Source: Chrysomallon squamiferum (lineage: Eukaryota > Animalia > Mollusca). Taken from it: DNA of 64,000 nt. Numbering within the stretch: the first letter of the stretch is position 1; the number at the start of each line of letters is the position of its first letter. Where the stretch lies: positions 15,624,001-15,688,000 of the forward strand of contig CM022671.1 in assembly GCA_012295275.1 (NCBI GenBank), written 5' to 3'. The position numbers were made by a program, and so were the translations under genes. Positions 54,002 through 64,000 of this stretch are shown piece after piece. The notes under the pieces were generated by a model, which was given only the letters and a program-made list of their open reading frames with translations, did no database searches and was not told the DNA's origin.

Positions 54002-57000
54002 CAACAGATTCATTATTATGTGCTCAGATTAATTTTTCATTGCATAGAAATAATTTTCCCTGTTTTAATTACAACAGGTGGACAATTCTTTTGAAACAAA
54101 AAGGTCTTTGTACAAAAAAATAAATAATAATAATAATAATGATAATAATAATAAAAATAATAAATAGTTATAAAGGAATACTGAGTGTCTAATATTATAA
54201 ACCTGAATTGTGATGTTCAAACATGAACACACATACACACACACACACACACACTACCTCTCGCCTACTTGTGTCCATAAGCAAATGACAGCATAAAATC
54301 TGACATTACATTTATAAATTCATAAATGAGAAAAAGATGACCCTCATTATAAAACGTATCTAATTCAGACTGTAATAACAAAATAATTTTAAAATACCAG
54401 TGAGACTGCCAAGTAAGAGACGGCGGCGTCCAAGTCTTTCTACAAGCCAAACACCAGCAATAGTGAAAATAAAGTTGATAGCAGCAGTCACAGCAGCCAG
54501 CCATATAGCCATGTGTTCATCCGATACCCCAGCCATCTTTATAATTGACGCGCTGTAGTACCTGTTATAATATCACAAACAAACAAAAACCATAACAGTC
54601 CTAACATTAATAATAAAAAGTCTATAATCCCCACCCCCCAAAAAAGGTATAAAAATGTAACATAGAAAAATACTGAGTTAGAATGAGTTCATGATTATCT
54701 CGTTGAAACTCAATTCTGCAAAGTAAACCACTGCAGCTTAGCTCAGCCAGGAAAATGCTACGTTCTTAATGAAGAACGAAAACATAGGATTAATAAATAA
54801 TAATATTTCTGATACTGATGAATTATGTATGCTTTACTATGATGTTTTAAACAGTGCTGTTTTATATTAATGTGAAGTCAACAACAACATGCATATCAAC
54901 TTGAAGCTGTGAGATTATTAATAATATTATCTCTAACATTGCCAAACTGCTGTAACACATGTCATCAACAGGGTATTTCAAGCAGTGTTAATTTATATTA
55001 ATGTGAAATTAACAAATATATATATATATTAATGTGAAATTAACAACAATATATATATATCTTAATGTGAAATTATCAATGTACATATTAACATGAAATC
55101 AAGAAATTAATAATTAGTAACATTTCTCTCACTGTTAAGTTTTATTAGACTGCATTAATAGGATATTTCAAGCAGTACTAATTTATCTTAACGTAAAACC
55201 ACCAACAGTATATACATATTAACATAGAAAGGACAAGATTTAAAGTAGGGGTCAGCAACCTTTTGGAGAGAGGAGGGTCCAGACAGCTATGCAGTGTTTT
55301 AGAGGAGAGCCTAGATATCAAATGTATTAAACACACAAACACACACAAACACACACACACACACACACACAGACTGATATATCTGTTTCTCTCAATTCTA
55401 TCTACAATATTGAGCACCAAAAACAAGATTGCTTAGGTCTGGAGATTTAAAGAAAAAAAAACAAAGTTAATGTGTTCAGTTGGTTGGTTGGACTAAAATC
55501 CCTCATGGGCCAAGGGTTGCCGACCCCTGATTTAAAGGACGGTTAATTCAATAAAAACATTTCATTAACAAATAACATTAGTGAACTGCTGTGGCCTGCA
55601 TTAATAGAATAGTTCAAGCAATACTAATTAACATTACTGTAAAACCAACATTTTACCCTCATTAACATAGAAATGACATGGTTTAAAGGACAGTTAATTC
55701 AGGTGAAATATAAAATTGCCATTACATGACAGTGTTTATTCCTGTCAGCTGTTGAAAGAGTTGAAGAGAACAGCCAACAATCAAAGCACGTCTTGTGTGA
55801 GGTGTACGCAGCATTCTCATTATTACAAGTCCTTCTGTAAACACAATATTTAAAACACATTGTAATAGTGCATTCTGTGTGTATTGTTTAACAAGTAAAA
55901 TTTCTTGCCGAATTATTTAAATAGGATTTACTTATTAGTGTTTTCTGCTGCATTTCTCGTTATTTTAAGTCCTTCTGCTAACACTATATTTAAAACACTT
56001 TTTAACATTTCATTCTGTGTATATTGTTTAACAAGTGAACAATGTTGATACAAATTAGTTAAACAGTTTTTACAAATTAATATTTTTATAATTTTTGTTT
56101 TTTCTTTATGTATTCTTCATTAATTATGTTAACCTTCTCAGTTAACTCATTTGCAAATCAGAAACATCAATTAAGCCTAAAATAATTAGAAGTTTACAAA
56201 AATTAAGAATTTTTAAACCTTTAACAACAAATATTTGCAGAATGGAAGGCTACAAAATACATACAAATAAATGTCAAAATGATCTATATTATTTTTTTTT
56301 TTTTTTTTACTCTTTTAGTATTTTACTTTGACCGCTTTTGCCAGTTTCCACTGTATATATATATATATATATATACATCTATATAAAATTACTGTTTTCT
56401 TCATTCAGTGTGACAATATTGTATTATGAGATAATATAATATATATATATGTTATTATTACTGTTTTCTTCTTTCAGTCTACGCTCCTCTTCGCACACTG
56501 TGTGCATTATCTGCATCTCACGATCAACGTTTTCCGTTCCACGAATTGTGACAAGAACACGCCGAGCCTTAGTTTCGTAATTTTTCTTCATCAGCCATCT
56601 AGGACTTTCCGGAAGGAAAATGAATCCAATCAGCTGAATGAAAGCAGGAATTGCTGCAAGCCCAAGCATGTATCTGAAAGAAAAGAAAAAAAAAGAAGAA
56701 TGTGTTTAATCTTTATAATTATCAGTGAAGTATCTGGTTAAAACAACAAATTGTCATCAAAGTTTGGTGTAATTATATTTAATTATAATGACATGAAAGA
56801 GATGAGGTAAAAAAATCTGATTACTGTGAGTTCGCTCTAAATTAATATAACATGTTTTTTAATTAAGGTAATTTGTTTTTCATTATCGTAAAATTTAAGT
56901 TCGTTAACATAGTTTATTTTTCGTTGTTATAGATTCACCTCCATCCATCCACTTTTAAATAGCTGAAGCCCCCATCCATGAAGCTGGCTACAGCCTGACC

Positions 57001-59893
57001 CCCTGTGATAAACAGATTGTTTAAAGTGACTAGGCGTCCCCTCAGATGTGGTGGGGCACATTCAGCTATGTACACCGGCACAGTCATGGAAGCCAGACCT
57101 GAAAAGAAATCAGAAACATTAATAAACAGTTTTTTAAACTTAATTATCTCTCATTAAGGTTGTTAGTTTTAAGAGGATTTTCCTGAAATATATGGATGTT
57201 AAATTTTAACAACTTTGTTAACACTGGACATGAAGTGGTTTTTAAGGCCTGTATGGAAATGTATTATCATTTCTTCTCACAGAAAACCAAACATCTGCTA
57301 ATCATACATAAGTATGATATATTTATGTATATTTATTTCAATATAATAATTATCAAAATATGAAATATCATCATGTTTTATTCATGCTACATAAACAAAT
57401 ATTAAAAACTAAAGTTAAATTATTTGTTTCTTCTTTTTCAAATCAATCAAGTAAATTGGTAATGTACTGAAATAATTATTCCACCCTAATCTCTCTAGTA
57501 TGTGTAGACATATGTAAACATTACAAAAACTGGCTAACCTCAATTCACCTGGATCAAACAAAACATTCTGCTCTTCGGAATGCCATATTAGAGCAGCATT
57601 ATATTTTCATTAGGAAACACAGAAATAAGACAAAAAAAATCAAATAATTGAGAATATTTTCTTTAATGACTGCAAGAGCTGTATTGAAATACTTTTGCAC
57701 AGATCTGAACTAAAATTCATATTCATGGAGAAAAAGGGATATCATTGCATTCAGAAATGTTAGTACAGAATTGTGCACTGTATTTCTACTATCATCATTA
57801 TACTTAAACCTAACGTTTTGAAATGTTTCATTTTTCAACAGATATCCATTCTTTCTCGTCAAAATTTCATCCTGCACTAAAATTCTAGAAAGCAATAAAG
57901 TTTGATGATCTCAATAAAGTTTGAGTTCAAACAGTGTTTTGTTATTTTTATATGTGTAGTTTTAGAAAAAATGAGGTTAGATAATTTATTTCAGTACATT
58001 AACATTTATTTTCTCTAGGATGTATTAATATTCAGATATTAACTATGTATGTATTGATAAAAGCTGCTCAGTTACGATCTATTGATAGTTATATTTAAAT
58101 TAAATATACAATTCTCCATGCACAATCGACTCTAAACAAACATGAACCTAAGGCTAATTAACTTGTTTTTCACGGTTCATGACTTTATTTTCATTAACTG
58201 TATAAATACTATGTAAAGAAATATAATACTTGTAGTTCACAATATAAAATTAATTCTGCTCTGGTTTTCTTTTTTTATTTCTTAGATATAACATTTCTTC
58301 TCAATACGTGATCAGCATGCTAAATATTTTAATAAAAACTTAGTAAAACATCATCAGGTTCATTAAAAACACACAAGCAACATATTAATTTTATCTGAAG
58401 ATTCTCTAGGGAGTTTTATGCTGCTCTAAATTTACATAATATAATATTATATATGTATTTTTATATTTTTAATTGCAGACATTTTACAAGATTGCTTTTA
58501 TTTTTGATTTAGTTAATAAGTTATTAAAAATGTAATAATCCAGTAATATAGCATATATAGCAATATATTATATAAAAATTATAAAATTAGAATTAGATAA
58601 TCAATTTTGATTATTTCCTTCTTGTTATATTTGTACACTGAATGGATCTTTAATTACCATTGTGTAATTTTAATTTTAATTTATTTATTTATTTTTATTT
58701 ATTTTACAAACTTTAAGGAAATTAAATAAATGCTTTGCATATAAGACTGACTTGTTAAGAATAATACTGAAACCAGAGAATACAATGTCAAAGTTCAAAG
58801 CTTTCATTCACAAAAGAATATCATGTAACGACGATCTCAAGTGACTGCAATAACACTGTGTCTGAAGATCACTATAATAAACACATGTTAAAACTGAATT
58901 CAACAAACTTTGTTTCTGTGTCTGAGTTCATAACTTTGGAAAATGAAAAAATAAATTAAGAAAAAGAACAGAGACAGAGAAAGAATTATCACATGGGTAT
59001 AATTAACAAAAGAGTAATACAGTGAAACCATCTATACAAAGTTTAAATATAGATAATAGAGATATATATATATTGTTATAACAGATAATGAAAGTAAATA
59101 TGAATCATTAAATGTGGACACTAATATTAAATTAACTGAGATAGATCAGTTAAAGCTAGCTAAGCTCTAAAGAAATCAATGAATACAGGATTGGTTTTGT
59201 ATAATAATTTTATTATAATATTACATCTGTCGAGCACCATACTCAGATTCAGTAACTGTAATGTTTGAATTTGTGCTTTTAATTTTCGATTTAACACAAA
59301 TTCAGTAACATAACTTGGGATACTGATTTCACAGCTTATGTTTTATTTTATGTTACCAATAAATACTTACCAATTCCCAACCCCAGAATAAGTCGACCTG
59401 CAATCAGCATTTGTATATTCTGTGACACGCCTAACAGGACTGCTCCTCCAACAAATATAAAACTGGCAATTATTGTGGATTTTTTCCTGCCAAAGTGGTC
59501 ATTTATAAAACCTCCCGAAAATGCCCCAACAAAGGCTGCACCTATTGTCACACTAACAAAAAGTTCTTGCTGCGTCGTTGTCAAAGAAAACCTATCTTTG
59601 AGTAAAAGCAAAGCTCCTGATACAACCCCTGTATCATAACCGAACAGAAAACCGCCGATAGCAGAGAAAAATGACAGTACCCAGAGGAATTTGGGGGTAT
59701 GAACACGTGAAACACTTCCGTGTTCAGATGCACTAGTATCATCATCAACGTTCTCAGACCCAGAAAGCGAAGAAGTGATGTGACGGCGCTCGTCGTTGTC
59801 ATCGTTCACCAGCATCTCTTTTTCAGATGTCTGATTTGAACTGTAGTTAGCAAACTCCACTTCCTCTTCTGAAGTACTGTCAGATGAAAACAT
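51483..59893 (-). CDS. SLC2A13: Proton myo-inositol cotransporter (HMIT/GLUT13), paralogue B, complete, 614 aa
   Basis: Exons 59893-59371, 57098-56939, 56673-56462, 55834-55726, 54561-54398, 53526-53418, 52998-52757, 52306-52154, 51655-51483 (1845 nt, in frame). Motifs: [51 protein letters not shown], a Cys-rich extracellular loop ([13 protein letters not shown]), [25 protein letters not shown]. Confidence 0.96.
55246..55529. mobile_element. Non-autonomous hAT (Charlie-like TIR) MITE, 284 bp, in SLC2A13-B intron 4
   Basis: TIRs taggggtcagcaacc / ggttgccgacccctg; perfect 8-bp TSD atttaaag at 55238-55245 and 55530-55537. Confidence 0.9.
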
Positions 59894-60155
59894 CTGTTAC
59901 ACACGATCCGATTTCCTTTCAGTTCATAACGGAGACAGTGACGTAAACTGAAGAACCAACATTCTGATGATGTGGATTCTATGCGGTCCCCAGAAGACCA
60001 GCAAAAAAAGTTTCTCTGAAATAAAATAAAATAAAATAAAAAATAAAAATTTAATAATTTAAACAAAAATAATAAAAAGAAAGAAAACTATAGAAGAAAA
60101 TAAATAATAAAAATTAAAAATTAATATTAATAATAATAATAATAATAATAACAAC

Positions 60156-60191
<36 letters not shown>

Positions 60192-61099
60192 TAATTATAT
60201 CATTGACATAAACTGTCATTCATTATTAATGGTAAATCTATGTATAAATATAATTATTTGAATATTAGCTGAATTACTTATTCTCAATTACCAATTTTAA
60301 AATTAAATATTTTCCCCTTCTCCAAAATTAGTTACTGTTTTAGTACATCCAGAATTATAAACTTAATGCTAGACAAATATGTAAATAATTATGAGAATTA
60401 GTATCAGTTTTTTTTTTTTTCTCTTTACAGTCACATTATAGTCACTGGTCTATATCGGTAGTGTTTGGTATAAGGTGTATAATTAACTATAAGAGTGAGT
60501 GTCTGTGATATAAAATTAAAAATAGGATTTATTATTCTATGCTTTTATTTGAAGATGCAAATAAATAATACTGTTGATATAATACAGCGTGTTTCTTAAC
60601 TCAAAATGACGTTACAACTTTAACATTGGGGTTCTTACTTTTGTGCCACCCCAAACGCGCTTTGTTATTATTATATTATTAAGAGACAGTATAGGGGAAA
60701 TAACTCTATTTTAAATTCGAATATTCTTTACGTTAACATTCGCTAGCGCGCATCTCAAAGCTCGAGCTAGCATTAATTTTGTTGTGTGTCCTTTTTACTT
60801 TGCCTGTCATCTTCTATTTTTTTTCTTTTTTAATTACATTATCAAACACAAACGTATCAGCCTTATTCTGAAATTATTGTATACACAAATTTAACTGACT
60901 TCGACACTGAAAAAATATATTGTTGTGGACATCACAGATTCCTTGTTAAACTAGTTATTCTTCTAGAACTAAAATATCTTTGGTCGAATGCAGACAGAAA
61001 TGGAAAGGGAAATTTTTTTTTTTTTTGAAATGAGACCTTTTGAAAATGTTTTAAGTGCCTGTGAGTTATTAAACACACACACACACACACACACATACA

Positions 61100-61364
61100 A
61101 AGGGCCGGATTTACCGTACTAGTCGACCATAGGCTATAAAAATGTTACTGCCCCCTCTTCAAACCCACTTCATTTTTCCCACTTTGTTTATTATATAATA
61201 TGATATATATGATTTTTTTTTTTAATACCTTATGGTCTTCTAAAAAAAAAAAACGCCCAGTTATGCGCGAAACTAGCCAGTAACACTTTTCATAAACTGC
61301 TGTCCCTGTCATCCTGCCGCCCTAGGCTCAAGCCTAGAAAGCCTGTATGGGAAATCCGGCATTA
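61100..61364. mobile_element. Probable hAT-type MITE inserted in a (CA)n tract
   Basis: TIR cores gccggattt / aaatccggc; flanks cacataca / cacacaca match at 7 of 8 positions, which is weak evidence inside a microsatellite. Confidence 0.6.
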
Positions 61365-64000
61365 CACACACACATTTTAATTAAATTTTTATTTATTTAT
61401 TTATTTATTTATTTATTATTATTATTATTATTTTTTGCATTTAACAGAAATAAATAATTGAAATCAAATTTATGGACCTGAATTTATTTGTTCCTCTAGA
61501 AAATTAATGTCTCTTTCAGAACAGGAGTGCAAAGAACATCATTATAAATGAAACCAGTGTGAATAGGTATGTGTATTATATCATCATCTTTCTCATCATG
61601 ACATCGAGATCGTCATCATCAAAATCAACATTATTGCTAAGCAGTATTATCGCAGAAAGAATGTTTTTATTATTATTATTATTATCATCATCATCATCAT
61701 CAATTTATAATTAATTAATTTATGTTTTTTTTTTTTTTTTTTTTTTTTTAATGTGTTTCATATTGGGTATAACATATTTATTTATTTATATACAGTTTAT
61801 TTTAACGCATAGTATGACATCTACTGTAGATCAATAAAATGGCCATTACAACAACTGCGTGGTATTTTCAACTAATCAGATGGTCCACAGATGTTACGTT
61901 TGTTCATGTGCCTGGTGATATGCGTCAAATTGTTCGCCATTTTCTAATCAGATAACAATAACCTCAGTACACTTATGAAATGGGCAAAAAATATTCTGTT
62001 TAACGAATTAATTATCAATAAAAAACCAGTTATTATTACATACGTATAGAAAATATAATATACACAGCCTAGTTTTAAATTGTACGTCAAACCGAGAGAA
62101 CGATGAAGCTTGGGTTTCTAAATTTATATTTAAAAAGTTAAATAAATAAATAAAGAGTAGTGATATATTTTCATCGATAAATACATTTATTTATTTTATT
62201 TATTTATTTATTTTCATTTTTACCATTAAATGTGCATTACGCCATACGATGTATTTGACTGATTTTTAAAAATGAAATAAAACAAAATAAAATAAAATAA
62301 AATAAAAAATATGAATAATCATAGACAACATTAAACGATTAATCAGAAAAAGTAACAACAGGGTCAAACGCGTATACATATATACATACATATGTACACC
62401 CACACACCCACACACACATTCACACATGCATACACAACCACTCCAAAAAAATACATTATCAGCTAATCTAAAATAGAATAATTTGTATATTCAGTTATTA
62501 TTAATTAATTGTATACTAGATAATCGGTCTTTTTAAAAAAAACAAAAAAAAAAACGATAGTTTTTATAATCGCTCCAAACTATCAGAATTAATATTTTTT
62601 TAAACAATTATTTCATCAAATAAAAAAAAAAAAAACACTAATGTTTAAATAATCAAATTATTTTTTATTTATAAAAAGCGTAGAGCTAATTACTCACAGT
62701 TCGCACGTGCATGATTCCAAAACCAAATCCTGGAATAGATCGAGACTGTATGCAACTGTTCTATATTGCGATGATAACATCATTGAGTTGTACTGTATTT
62801 AATATATTAGAAGCCACTGTAAGAGCTGCCGGATGAATTGTAAATAATTAATTAAATGGTAATGAATCAATAGGATTACATATACTATTTGCAAAAACAC
62901 ACCAAATATTCAGGCCAGTTTGTTATTAGAATACATGAGAAACATTAAATAATAGAATTAGATTAGATTCAGTAAATTAGACTGAAGAATGGTTATAGTG
63001 TGTGTGTGTGGAAATCGATAGTGGAGAGTAATTCCATTCACTTAATGACGAGACCAGAAAAAACAAGCCAAAGAAGGAAAAAAATAAAATAAAAGGCTAA
63101 TAATAATAATAATAATAATAATAATATAAAAATTAGAAACAGAAGAAAATGGAAAAACACCAAAAAAAACACAAAAAAACCCCCCAAAACCCACGAAAAT
63201 TAAATACATATAGATATAATTTTTCAATACTTCTACAGTTTTTGTTGTTTTATTCTAGGTTAGAGTTTCCATAGTGTTAAAGCGTGACGGTTTTCATGAT
63301 CTAAAATGAACATTTATATATTATTATAATTGTTATTATATAATTAGTCTTGGCATTTTATATTACTCATGTTACTTATTAGCAATTCAATCGAAGTAAA
63401 CTGTTATCGGAAGAACGTAACTTTTCAAGAGCAAGAGTTCTAAACGAGGTATATAATCTTGCTTTGTATTTCTGAATGGCTATTAGACCGAGTACGAAAA
63501 GAGCTTTAAACAAGAAGACTTTTATCCAGGTTTATAAAAACATAAAATACAGTATATTCATAAAACAAATAATAAAGGCATATTTATAATTAAATTAATT
63601 AATTAGTCACATAGATGAACATAAAATATATTTTTTGTTTTCCAGAATAATTTAAAAATAATTAAAAAGATATTTGAAAGGGACCTGTTTTATAAAATAA
63701 AATCTCTCGATATTAATCTGGTAATTACTGATTTCTGTAATATTAGGTATTTTGAATGGTAGTGAATGTGTTTTAAATTATTACATTTTCAGTATTTATT
63801 TCAAACCTGATAAAGGAATCTTAAAAATAATATAATATTTAAAAAAAAAAAAAAAAAGAAGAAGAATATCTGTCATCCATTTGATGATTTGTAGCTTGCA
63901 GTGAATCAAACACTACAACGAAGCGTCGACTCTTAATAGTTAAGAGCAATAATGTCTTCGTAAATTTGTAAAACGGAAAACGGGCAACAAAATAGTCATT

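Noticed and set aside
54733-54780. tRNA/SINE A-box-like gcttagctcag
   Set aside because: No B box or cloverleaf follows.

Overview
AT-rich, microsatellite-rich animal genomic DNA with GT-AG spliceosomal introns. An invertebrate such as a mollusc is plausible but cannot be established from this window. Four multi-exon genes were reconstructed by hand: IQCA1/DRC11 (-, 18 coding exons), BCAP31 (+, 7), PSPH (-, 5) and a SLC2A13/HMIT myo-inositol transporter (-, 9). Exon 1 of a second, diverged SLC2A13 paralogue lies at 21108-21549, and its exon 2 was not found in the 21 kb downstream. Non-coding DNA holds a decayed Tc1 transposase, a Tc2/pogo-type MITE, three hAT-type MITEs, several minisatellites, a ~195-bp inverted repeat pair and many local duplications. 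IQCA1 and BCAP31 each carry an apparent frameshift in a short G run, most likely assembly errors. There is no CRISPR array and no rRNA or tRNA I could recognise. I found no convincing novel multi-gene system. The findings are genome-structure and regulatory observations to be checked.
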